Shown here: positions 1 through 8,435 of the stretch, piece by piece
Numbering within the stretch: the stretch's first letter is position 1
Layout: the number at the start of each line of letters is the position of its first letter
Source of the DNA: Candidatus Hydrogenedentota bacterium
GTDB lineage: Bacteria > Hydrogenedentota > Hydrogenedentia > Hydrogenedentales > GCA-2746185
Assembly: GCA_046583315.1 (NCBI GenBank)
Contig: JAYGCN010000011.1
Span: forward strand, 1 to 64,000
Length of the DNA stretch: 64,000 nucleotides
Direction of reading: 5' to 3'
The notes under the pieces: model-generated
Databases searched by the model: none
The model's input: the letters and a program-made list of their open reading frames with translations, nothing else
Told to the model about the DNA's origin: nothing
Made by a program: the position numbers and the translations under genes

Positions 1-1067
1 TCATCCATCGAATTTCCTTCGGCGACCGATGGAATCAGATTGCGTATGAGGAGCCGTGGCACGGAGCCGTTGCCATCGGGGAAAAAACAACCTTCGTAGA
101 GATTGTCGAAATCGATCAATGCTTTCGCTGCCAAGTCCCAAAGCCAACCCACGGACTCGAGACCGGGCATACCAGTGAAGATTGCTTCCTGTACCGAAAG
201 GCCGTCGACACCCACGCCAAAGTTAGGGCGTATCAATGCATCAAAAATCCGGGCGGTGTCCGGAGCCAGTCTCACCTTGTCGGTAAGAAACTCAAGATAG
301 GACGTTGACTTGAGGTAATCCATGCGTTCGGGTAGGGAAAACCCGATGAGATAGTCCCACTTGCCGCCAAAAAATTTAACGAGTTTGTCCCGTTCCTCTT
401 GTGGAATCGGAAGCTGATTGACGAGCGATTTGTATTCCCCTTTCCCATGAAACGCCGCAAGCCATCGGCCGACCACAGTCTTCCCTTTGTTGTCACCGGC
501 CTTGATGAAAAGTCCGGTGTCTTGGCCCATGGTTGTAAGCGGGTACTCGGGATCTTGGTTTTGTCCGAGTTTCTTGATGTCAATGCCGATGTCTTTCAAG
601 AGACGCTTGGACACCTTGCTGTAATTCTGCGGGTCTTCCAAAAAGACACTGCCTCCAATGCCAAGCAGCATCTGCCCCTGACTCTCAAACTCATTCCGTT
701 TGGCATGACCTCCGAAGTCATCGTGGTTATCCAGGAGTAGAATCCGCTGCTTCTTCCCTCGCTTCTGTTGAAAGAAAGTCGCGGCGGCGAGACCACTGAT
801 TCCTGCTCCGACCACCACCAGATCGTATTCTTCGCCGGTATCATCAAACGTCTGCGGCGCCTCGCCCTGCCAAGCGAGTTTGTGGGCCACTTCGTAGGAA
901 CCGGGATGACTCCCTCTCATACCTGTCCGGAGAGGTGGATAGACCTCCGACGTGCCAGACTCTTGGGAAAACGCGGGAGCAGAAACGAAGGGCAGCACTG
1001 CCGATGCAGAAACACCGATGGCCACACCGTTGAGAAAATCTCTTCGCGTGATGGATTTCTTATTCAT
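1..1067 (-). CDS. Tat-exported FAD-dependent oxidoreductase, spermidine dehydrogenase (SpdH)-like; runs off the window edge
   Basis: Manual translation from ATG at 1067: MNKKSITRRDFLNG (twin-Arg signal), YPPLRTGMRGSHPGSYEVAH, YDLVVVGAGISGLAAA (Rossmann), LDNHDDFGGHAKRNEF, FPDGNGSVPRLLIRNLIP. Absent from the ORF track because no stop lies in the window. Confidence 0.85.
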   Translation of the reverse strand, partial: MNKKSITRRDFLNGVAIGVSASAVLPFVSAPAFSQESGTSEVYPPLRTGMRGSHPGSYEVAHKLAWQGEAPQTFDDTGEEYDLVVVGAGISGLAAATFFQQKRGKKQRILLLDNHDDFGGHAKRNEFESQGQMLLGIGGSVFLEDPQNYSKVSKRLLKDIGIDIKKLGQNQDPEYPLTTMGQDTGLFIKAGDNKGKTVVGRWLAAFHGKGEYKSLVNQLPIPQEERDKLVKFFGGKWDYLIGFSLPERMDYLKSTSYLEFLTDKVRLAPDTARIFDALIRPNFGVGVDGLSVQEAIFTGMPGLESVGWLWDLAAKALIDFDNLYEGCFFPDGNGSVPRLLIRNLIPSVAEGNSMD

Positions 1068-1079
1068 AGAGAAAGTCTC

Positions 1080-1790
1080 CTAATCGTTCGCAGGATTGAT
1101 TTGACTTTTGAATCGGATAAGCAGCGCGACAATGGCTACAATAAAAATGAACGAAGAAGAATCAGCATATCCCCAAATATCGCTCTGGGAAATGATTGCT
1201 GTCACAGCCACACCGAGGATCAGACAAATGACGACTCCGTAGACGAAAAGCGAAACGGCCGCGACTTTGGCGCTAGTCGAGAGGCGGAGGAGAGGACGAA
1301 AAAGAATAATACCCATGACCCCGTAAATCAGAAACCCTAGAAAATCCAATGTGGGCGCGAGTCCGAACGAGACGGACGGATTGGTCGCCAATAGAAACGC
1401 TTCGGCCGAGTCACGCGTTTCGCTCCCGGCCGCGAGCGATCGCGCGCTAAGGGGAACCGACCAAACGGCAATGAATTTCGTGATACTAAACGCTATAAAT
1501 GATACACCCGTCAGCGACCACAACAATAGTGACCGTAGCGGATTCGTCGAATAAATCTGCCATGCTGCTCCTACAAATATGGTCGTGGTGCAGAACATCA
1601 GAATAATTTGTACAATCCAGCCCATCATGTAAAGTGTGAGGTCATTGATCAACCATTCTGCCGCTTCTTCTTGCGTTGCGCCCGGTGAACCCAACGGTAA
1701 AAAGAGTGAAATGATGCCTAGGGCGAGCGCGATAATGGTGGCTTTGAACGCGACCGAGTTGATCTGAGTGGAAATATTTGGGTTAGTCAT
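1080..1790 (-). CDS. Multi-pass membrane protein of unknown function
   Basis: About 6 hydrophobic segments; likely start MTNPNIS at 1790; stop lies 12 bp upstream of the SpdH-like gene. Confidence 0.7.
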   Translation of the reverse strand: MTNPNISTQINSVAFKATIIALALGIISLFLPLGSPGATQEEAAEWLINDLTLYMMGWIVQIILMFCTTTIFVGAAWQIYSTNPLRSLLLWSLTGVSFIAFSITKFIAVWSVPLSARSLAAGSETRDSAEAFLLATNPSVSFGLAPTLDFLGFLIYGVMGIILFRPLLRLSTSAKVAAVSLFVYGVVICLILGVAVTAIISQSDIWGYADSSSFIFIVAIVALLIRFKSQINPAND

Positions 1791-1855
1791 GTGCAGACCT
1801 TTCATTTTTTTGAGTAACTTTCCGCTTCGTACACAGCATTGGTGTAGGTCCATTT

Positions 1856-1897
1856 TTTGGACAAATGTAAAGTATACTAAATTTGGACAAATGTCAA
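1856..1897. promoter_or_regulatory. Tandem putative TetR operators
   Basis: TTTGGACAAATGTAAA (1856-1871) and TTTGGACAAATGTCAA (1882-1897); quasi-palindromic; located in the divergent intergenic region next to tetR. Confidence 0.65.
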
Positions 1898-1973
1898 GTT
1901 TTCGTTGACCTCCCAGAACAATTAGCCTATAATTGATAAAAAGTGAAAGTAACGCACACCACTACGAGGGATT

Positions 1974-2555
1974 ATGAAATTAAGCGCAGGGAAGCGAAAA
2001 CGGCAACAGATTCTCGATGCCGCCCTTCAAACGATCGCAAAGGAAGGGGTTGACGCAGTGACGCACCGTCGAGTCGGACAGGAAGCCGGCGTTTCGCACG
2101 GCGTCGTGAGTTATCACTTTCCAACTCGGGACGAGCTCATCTTCAAGTCATTCGAACACCATCTCGGTACCGTGGACGATTACCTGGAGCAGACGGGGCG
2201 GCAGCCGAATAAGAAGATGACAAAGAACAGGCTCCTGTCCAATATCGCAAATGTAGTTGCGGAAGATCTTGCAGGGAAGACCGTAACGAAGGTGGAACAG
2301 GAACTCATTCTTTACGCTACCCGTAAGCCCGAATTGGCAAGACTCTACAATGCATGGGAACAGACAGTAGTTGATACTTTAGCACTAGATTTGAAGCAAC
2401 TTCGCTACAAGCGACCGAAAGAAATCGCACGCATCCTCGTCAGCCTCGCTCGTGGCTTTCTCCTCGAAAGCCTAACCAATCCTTCACTAACGGAGAAAGA
2501 TTTCAAGCAGCGCGCCAATATACTTCTGAAGTCTTTTCCAATGCAAAGCGAGTAA
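1974..2555 (+). CDS. TetR/AcrR family transcriptional regulator
   Basis: N-terminal HTH ILDAALQTIAKEGVDAVTHRRVGQEAGVSHGVVSYHFPTRDEL. Confidence 0.92.
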   Translation: MKLSAGKRKRQQILDAALQTIAKEGVDAVTHRRVGQEAGVSHGVVSYHFPTRDELIFKSFEHHLGTVDDYLEQTGRQPNKKMTKNRLLSNIANVVAEDLAGKTVTKVEQELILYATRKPELARLYNAWEQTVVDTLALDLKQLRYKRPKEIARILVSLARGFLLESLTNPSLTEKDFKQRANILLKSFPMQSE

Positions 2556-2786
2556 GAGAAGCAAATAAAGTTTCTGCACAATCAAGTACTCGTACGATCG
2601 AAAAAATAAGCCTAGCCGATTGTTGGTGTTTTGCGCGTTTTGATTGGCTTGTAACTGTGCCACAAAGTGTGTCACTATTTTCGGAGAACATATGCCATAT
2701 ATGCCACATAGGCAGGCAAACCCGAAATTGCTAAGTGTTGGACATATCGCTAGTTACCTGATATTAAACGAGTTATGCAGATCCTC

Positions 2787-2840
2787 CTCGTGGGGCTCAT
2801 AACCCAAAGGTCGCAGGTTCGAATCCTGCCCCCGCTACCA
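2787..2840 (+). pseudogene. 3' fragment of tRNA-Met(CAT), initiator type (att core)
   Basis: CTCGTGGGG-CTCATAA-CCCAAAGGTCGCAGGTTCGAATCCTGCCCCCGCTACCA gives the anticodon arm, T-arm and CCA; the 5' acceptor strand and D-arm are absent. Confidence 0.88.
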
Positions 2841-2856
2841 ATTTAACTACGCTATT

Positions 2857-2894
2857 GAAAAGGACTTACAACCTTTGTGAGTCCTTTTCTTTTG
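2857..2894 (+). terminator. Hairpin downstream of the tRNA fragment, probable rho-independent terminator
   Basis: GAAAAGGACTTACAA-CCT-TTGTGAGTCCTTTTC followed by a T-run. Confidence 0.65.
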
Positions 2895-3345
2895 TCAACA
2901 GACTTCCAAGTGTGCCACTTTCTGTGTCACATTTCATCCGCGTAAGTTGTTGCCTATCAACGCCTGTGATCTAGCTCGTTGGGTGTTACCCCAACGAGTA
3001 GTAGAAACAGCACTATCTTCCCTATTTCGAATTTTTTGTCAATGGACTTTGAAGCCACTCATGTCGACGAGTTAGTTGGTCGTTGAGTTACTCTCAAATC
3101 GTAGACTTAGATTAACCTTTGGTGCTGCGAACCCAAAGGTAGCTGCCTCTCTACACGACCGCCGATTAGGTGGCTTCAATACATCCCTGGGTTGAAGATT
3201 TCTAACAAGGGATTTCCCGACCTCCTGTGTCAGTCACAGGATATCCTGTGATTCGAGATGGTGATTTCTAACTAGGAGCAGAAGATCGAAGGCCCAAAGT
3301 TCCCTACTCAAATTCGCGTATACTCTCTAATTGCAAGCCCCGAAG

Positions 3346-3374
3346 CGTTAGGCTGAGTTTTTTGACCCTACGCG
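3346..3374 (+). mobile_element. Terminus of an IS-like element (family B)
   Basis: CGTTAGGCTGAGTTTTTTGACCCTACGCG; 27/29 inverted match to 10723-10751; related to 6843-6857 and 7388-7414. Confidence 0.6.
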
Positions 3375-3661
3375 CATATTCTGAAAGGCTCAACGGCAGT
3401 ATTCGTCGAGAGTGTCTGGACAGGGTCGTTATTCTCAATGAAGGACATCTACACCGTGTCCAGAAATCCTACTGCGAGTACAACAATCGCTACAGCGTCC
3501 ATCAGTCCTTGGAGATGGATGCGCCAGCCGACCGAAAGATTCACAACACAGAAGATGGAAATGTTGTCGCCGTTCCTCATGTCGGCGGACTACATCATCA
3601 CTACGAACGAAGAGCTGCGTGATGCTTGAAAACAAACGCGGATCAGTTTTCGGGACGGACA
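3375..3661 (+). pseudogene. 3' remnant of an rve/integrase-core transposase (IS481/IS3-like, family A) with right terminus
   Basis: AYSERLNGSIRRECLDRVVILNE..HQSL..GGLHHHYERRAA*, then GTTTTCGGGACGGACA ending at 3661. Confidence 0.8.
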
Positions 3662-3682
3662 GGCTCCGTGGTGAGATTGGTC

Positions 3683-4168
3683 CTACCCGACAGGGCCACG
3701 TAGGACGGGCGGATACTGCGAGTTTTCTGGACGTTTGCGCGCTGTAACCTGGCGAAGATCGATTTCTTCTCCACACTCTGCGCAGCCTAACACGGCGTGA
3801 AAGTCATGTCCGCATTTCGTATGTTTACGCAATATCGGCGGACCGGCGTCGTCCGAATAATACTTGTCGCCCCAATCAGCGAGAGTAACGATTACCGGAT
3901 AAAGCTCGCGGCCTTTCTCAGTCAGCTTGTATTTATTGCGCGTGGGTTTTTCCTGATAGGGCACCTGTACCAAGATGCCGTGTTCTTGGAGCTGCTGTAA
4001 GCGATTGGTCAGCGTAGTCCGAGAAATATCGAGTCGGCTCCGGAAAGCCTCGAAGGTATTCACGCCGAGAAAGCACTCGGTCAGTATGACTAAGGTCCAT
4101 CGGTCACCCAGCACGGCGGAAGTTCGTGCCACGGAACATTGCTCGTCGACCAGTGCATCCCATTTCAT
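3683..4168 (-). CDS. HxlR family winged-helix transcriptional regulator
   Basis: CSVARTSAVLGDRWTLVIL..YKLTEKGRELYPVIVTLADWGD; C-terminal HxxC..CxxC; start MKWD at 4168. Confidence 0.92.
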   Translation of the reverse strand: MKWDALVDEQCSVARTSAVLGDRWTLVILTECFLGVNTFEAFRSRLDISRTTLTNRLQQLQEHGILVQVPYQEKPTRNKYKLTEKGRELYPVIVTLADWGDKYYSDDAGPPILRKHTKCGHDFHAVLGCAECGEEIDLRQVTARKRPENSQYPPVLRGPVG

Positions 4169-4268
4169 CTCGCGTTCCCCCTTCGTTACGTTATGGCCCG
4201 CTTGCATCCAAGGTCGGAACTGTACCAAATTCACTCGGCGGGCTTTACTTTCGACTCAAGATACATTA

Positions 4269-4310
4269 TAGTGTCCAAAAAGGAAACTTACAAGTCCTAA
4301 TTTTGGACTA
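4269..4310. promoter_or_regulatory. Putative HxlR operator(s) in the divergent promoter
   Basis: AGTCC-TAATTTT-GGACT inverted repeat at 4293-4309, plus a related GTCCAAAAAGGAAAC half-site upstream. Confidence 0.4.
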
Positions 4311-4324
4311 TATGGAGACTCCAC

Positions 4325-6574
4325 ATGCCTGGCATCGCACCGTTTGACCCTACCGACGTTGAAGCAGCCTTATCTACGCCACGCGCAGATAAGGCTGGAA
4401 TCGAAATCAAAAAGACGCTATGCGCGAGTTGCGACATCGCCTGCAGTGTCGTTTCCGAAGTCAAGGACGGGCGCGTGGTACGGGTCCGCTCATCGGATAA
4501 TCCCATATTCAAAGACAACATTTGCATGAAGGGCATCGTCGCTCCCAAGGGTTTTGCGCACCCCGACCGCATTCTTCATCCCCTCAAGCGAGTGGGCGAG
4601 CGCGGCTCGGGAAAGTGGGAACGGGTCAGTTGGGATGAGGCGATGACCGATATCGGGAAAAGGTTGAAGGGGGTCATCGCCGAGCACGGACCCGAAGCGT
4701 GGGCCGTCTCCACGAGTCAGTGGAACACAGCCACGGATCACGGTCTTGGCCGACGAATCATGAATCATGTGGGGTCTCCCAATTGGATCAGCGGCGTAGC
4801 GCTCTGCGCGGGTAATACCGCAGCCATCAATCGGCTGACCTATGGATGGTTTCCAATGGCAGACTTTGGCAATACCAACTGCATCGTGCTTATGGGACAC
4901 AATCCGAAGCGTCATAGCTGGGTGCCGATCTACAATCAGATTCGCAGGGCACAGGCTCGTGGTGCCAAGCTGATCGTGACCGATCCCCGCCGAAGCGAGA
5001 ACGCGGAGCTTGCAGATATTTGGCTTCCCCTCAAAGTGGGTAGTGACGCAGCGATGATGTTCGGCTGGCTCAAGGTGATTCTTGACGAAGAACTGTACGA
5101 CAAAAAATTCGTGGACCAGTGGACGGTTGGCTTTGATGAATTGCGCACGAGGGTCGATGAGTTTCCAATCGACCGCGTCGCGAAACTGACGGGCTGCGAG
5201 CCGGAACTGATCAAAGAGGCGGCGCGCATGTACGCGACGAGTGGGCCCTCGATCATTCCTTGGACGCCCATCACGGACATGCAACGCAACAGCACATCCG
5301 CCATTCGCCTCCAGGGTATTCTGCGTTCCGTCTGCGGTTACGTAGACGTTCCCGGCGGAGAAACTCTGCAAGGATTCAATCCGGATATCATCTCCGAATC
5401 TGAAATCGAGATGCACGAAATATTGTCCGAAGAACAAAAAGCCAAGCAGCTGGGATCGGACGCCCATCCGGCCTTCACCTATCGCGGTCAAGCACCCTTT
5501 CGCAAACTCATGAAACGCGTGTGGGGGATCGAGTACCCGAATCAGGTGATGGGTTGTTACATGGCCACGCCTTCGGCGACATTTCGCGCGATGGCAGGCG
5601 AAGGCGCGTATCCGGTCAAGGCCTTTTTCGTACTGGGCAATAATGCCGTGATGAGTTACGCCAACATGCCGCTCATCATCAAGGCGATGATGAACCAGGA
5701 TCTCGTTGTGGTCAACGAACAATTCATGACCCCCACCGCTCAATTGGCAGACTACATTCTACCGGGCGACAGTTGGCTGGAGCGGCCGTGGTTGATGGAC
5801 GGATTCGGATGGATGTCCACCTATCGGCCCTCGCAACAAGCGATGGAGCCGCCGGGAGAAGCGAGAAGTACGTTTGAATTCTGGAAACGTATCGCCGAGT
5901 CGATTGACCGCCCCGAGGTGGTCCCATGGGCGACCTTGGAAGAGTTCTACGACTACCGGCTTGAGGGTACGGGCATGAAGTTTAAGGAATTTTCCGAAAC
6001 TCAGGAAGTCTATTTCGCCAAACCCGAGTTCAAGAAGTACGAGAAAGTCGGTTTTGCAACGCCAAGCGGAAAAGTGGAACTAAGCTCTTCGATACTCAAG
6101 GATCTTGGTTTCGATCCGCTCCCTTATTTCAGGGAAGACCCACCTGTGAATCCGGAATACCCACTCATGATGTTTACCGGCGTGCGAGAGGACGAGTATT
6201 TTCAGACGGGGCATCGACACATCCCCGAGATGCGGAAAAGAAAACCCGAACCCACGTTATTTGTCAGCCCGGCGACGGCGATCGAGCAAGACATCGAAGC
6301 CGAACAGTGGGTGGAAGTCGAAAACCCGACAGGCAGAATCAAGATTCAGGTCGCCGTAAAAGACGCGATGCCCGACGGGCTCGTTCGAATTCCTCACGGC
6401 TGGTGGAAACCCGAAACGAAACAGGGCATCGGATTTCTCTCCGGCGCGATGGATCATGCGGACGCACAACTATGCCCCGACGACGAAGACTATCTGGATC
6501 GGGAACAGGGCATACCGCATCTAAAAGGGATCCCCTGCCGCATCAACAAACTCGCTACTGTGGGAGCGTCTTGA
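4325..6574 (+). CDS. Acetylene-hydratase-family W/Mo-bisPGD enzyme with a [4Fe-4S] cluster
   Basis: CASCDIAC..ICMKG Fe-S motif; GSPNWISGVALCAGNT; IPWTPITDMQRNSTSAIR; QFMTPTAQLADYILPGDSWLERP; TPSGKVEL; IPHGWW; no Tat signal. Confidence 0.85.
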   Translation: MPGIAPFDPTDVEAALSTPRADKAGIEIKKTLCASCDIACSVVSEVKDGRVVRVRSSDNPIFKDNICMKGIVAPKGFAHPDRILHPLKRVGERGSGKWERVSWDEAMTDIGKRLKGVIAEHGPEAWAVSTSQWNTATDHGLGRRIMNHVGSPNWISGVALCAGNTAAINRLTYGWFPMADFGNTNCIVLMGHNPKRHSWVPIYNQIRRAQARGAKLIVTDPRRSENAELADIWLPLKVGSDAAMMFGWLKVILDEELYDKKFVDQWTVGFDELRTRVDEFPIDRVAKLTGCEPELIKEAARMYATSGPSIIPWTPITDMQRNSTSAIRLQGILRSVCGYVDVPGGETLQGFNPDIISESEIEMHEILSEEQKAKQLGSDAHPAFTYRGQAPFRKLMKRVWGIEYPNQVMGCYMATPSATFRAMAGEGAYPVKAFFVLGNNAVMSYANMPLIIKAMMNQDLVVVNEQFMTPTAQLADYILPGDSWLERPWLMDGFGWMSTYRPSQQAMEPPGEARSTFEFWKRIAESIDRPEVVPWATLEEFYDYRLEGTGMKFKEFSETQEVYFAKPEFKKYEKVGFATPSGKVELSSSILKDLGFDPLPYFREDPPVNPEYPLMMFTGVREDEYFQTGHRHIPEMRKRKPEPTLFVSPATAIEQDIEAEQWVEVENPTGRIKIQVAVKDAMPDGLVRIPHGWWKPETKQGIGFLSGAMDHADAQLCPDDEDYLDREQGIPHLKGIPCRINKLATVGAS

Positions 6575-6575
6575 A

Positions 6576-6821
6576 ATGAAGGACGCAGAAAAGACGTTTC
6601 GTAAACGAGCGCGCGCCGCGAAACTTCAAATTTGGTTAGCGACTAGCGCTTCAAGAAACAGAACACTACTAGATCGCGCGCTTCAATTGGTGATTCGCAG
6701 ACTTCTCGACAAAGCACTTTACATCGAACCCGAGAACGATTTCATGAAGGACGACCTCATCGATACAGACACGGGTTACGATCCCGAAGAATTGGAGCGA
6801 TATCAACGAGGCGATTCCTGA
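6576..6821 (+). CDS. Small hypothetical protein closely coupled to the oxidoreductase
   Basis: ATG begins 2 bp after the last base of the upstream stop; 81 aa; basic N-terminus, acidic C-terminus. Confidence 0.5.
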   Translation: MKDAEKTFRKRARAAKLQIWLATSASRNRTLLDRALQLVIRRLLDKALYIEPENDFMKDDLIDTDTGYDPEELERYQRGDS

Positions 6822-6842
6822 TAGTTGGGCAGACGAATTCGC

Positions 6843-7414
6843 CGTAGGGTCAAAAATGATGGGTGCAAATACATAGACGTGATGAACCGAGTACAAAATT
6901 GAGGGTACGATTTACAGTAAACCAGTTCGAAGAGCGAGAATCGGAGTGAGGATGCAGCTATCCAGTTCGTCGATGCGGTGTACTTTGATGATGCGATGAT
7001 CTGCGCCGCACTGTCCATCCCGAAAACTCGTACTGGTTGAAACGTAACGACTTAGGGTGGGGTCTTGCGGGAACCAAATTTCCGCGACAGACCCTCATTT
7101 GCTACTCTCTCCGCTCCTTTTTGCTAGCCGTTTCGACCTAACCGAGCATCCTGCCGCTGCATGGTCATCATTACAGGTTATCGAAGCCTTTCCGTGGGAA
7201 ACACTGCCGAAGTATCTACTTCGAGAAAGGGACGCGATAGCGGGCAGGGATACGCAGAACACAGAAGAAGGTGATGTTATCGCAATTACTTATGTTGGCG
7301 GACTACATCATCACTATGATCGAAGGGCAGCCGGATGCCAGAAAACAAACGCGGATCAGGTTTCGGGATGCACAGTGTACAATAGAAGTTGGGCTGAGAT
7401 TTTTTTGACCATAC
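6843..7414 (+). mobile_element. Degenerate non-autonomous element (family B) containing a nested family A mini-element
   Basis: Left end CGTAGGGTCAAAAAT (6843-6857); right end GTTGGGCTGAGATTTTTTTGACCATAC (7388-7414). Confidence 0.5.
7012..7374 (+). mobile_element. Internally deleted rve-transposase element (MITE-like, family A), 363 bp
   Basis: TIRs TGTCCATCCCGAAAAC and GGTTTCGGGATGCACA; residual peptides TEHPAAAWSSLQVIEAFPW..YLLRERDAI and GGLHHHYDRRAA; right end similar to 3628-3661. Confidence 0.75.
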
Positions 7415-7523
7415 TAATGAGAGGATTGGCACAGATGGTGGTATTTGAACAAGCTTGCAGTTTTGAAGCAATCGATCGAGTACCCGGTCTCAACGATGGC
7501 GTATTCTTGCCCATGGTTGAATC

Positions 7524-8435
7524 ATGAATGAGAATATCATCGAAACCAATGGGCTGACGGTATACTACGGTCATCACCCGGGCATCATTGATGTCGATCT
7601 GCAGGTGCAAACGGGGGAAGTATTTGGTTTCCTGGGGCCAAATGGGGCTGGCAAGACGACAGCTCAGAGAGTGCTTCTGGATGTAATTCGGCCTACCTCC
7701 GGCAGCGCCACCATTTTTGGTTTGGATTGTCAACGACAGGGGATTAGCATTCGGGAGCGAACCGGGTACCTGCCGGGTGAACTTAGCCTCTATCCTGGAA
7801 TGAAAGCCCATGCGTTTCTGTGCCTGTTGGCATCGTTACGCGCGAATGTGGTGGACGACGCGTTTCGTCTGCAGCTCTACGAGCGTCTGAATCTCGATCC
7901 TACTCGCAAAATGAAAACGTATTCGCGCGGCAACAAGCAAAAGGTTGGTATCATCGCCGCGTTTATGGGCAAGCCTGACTTGTTGGTGTTGGATGAACCA
8001 ACATCGGGCTTAGATCCACTTATGCAGCAAGTGGTGCTGGAATTGGTACAAGAAGCGAAAGATGAAGGCCGTACCGTTTTCTTTTCATCCCACAACTTAC
8101 CCGAAGTGCAGGCCGTGTGCGACCGAGTCGGTATAATTCGTGAAGGGCGGCTGATTAAGACAGAACAAGTGGAGACGTTGACCAAACAACAGTTCAAGCG
8201 ACTGAAAATCCGCTTTCGAGAATTGCCTCCGACAGATATTTTCAGCACCAATGGAGTGACCGAAACGGGGCGTGACGGAAAGGTCGTTACGCTGGAAATC
8301 GGAGACGGTTTGGATAAGGTTATGGAGTTGGCAGCGCGCTACGGCATCGAAGATATCGAAACGCTGCCTGTCTCACTGGAAGAAATATTTCTGGCCTTCT
8401 ATGAGGGCCGGCATGAAGGAGTCAACCATGCTTAA
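7524..8435 (+). CDS. ABC-2 type transporter ATP-binding protein
   Basis: GPNGAGKT Walker A, YSRGNKQK signature, LVLDEPT, SSH. Confidence 0.93.
   Translation: MNENIIETNGLTVYYGHHPGIIDVDLQVQTGEVFGFLGPNGAGKTTAQRVLLDVIRPTSGSATIFGLDCQRQGISIRERTGYLPGELSLYPGMKAHAFLCLLASLRANVVDDAFRLQLYERLNLDPTRKMKTYSRGNKQKVGIIAAFMGKPDLLVLDEPTSGLDPLMQQVVLELVQEAKDEGRTVFFSSHNLPEVQAVCDRVGIIREGRLIKTEQVETLTKQQFKRLKIRFRELPPTDIFSTNGVTETGRDGKVVTLEIGDGLDKVMELAARYGIEDIETLPVSLEEIFLAFYEGRHEGVNHA

Larger units (their letters stand above)
2656..2930 (+). mobile_element. attP-like integration junction: tRNA-fMet 3' fragment flanked by arm-type repeats
   Basis: TGTGCCAC-N4-TGTGTCAC at 2656-2675 and 2911-2930, either side of the tRNA fragment. 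Confidence 0.7.

Noticed and set aside
2765..2840. Intact tRNA-Met gene
   Set aside because: The upstream sequence cannot form the 5' acceptor strand or D-arm; only the 3' part is present
4490..5743. 417-aa antisense ORF and similar long shadow ORFs (21755..22744, 40262..41377, 46198..47226)
   Set aside because: They lie opposite well-supported genes and have no recognisable motifs; expected with GC-biased codons
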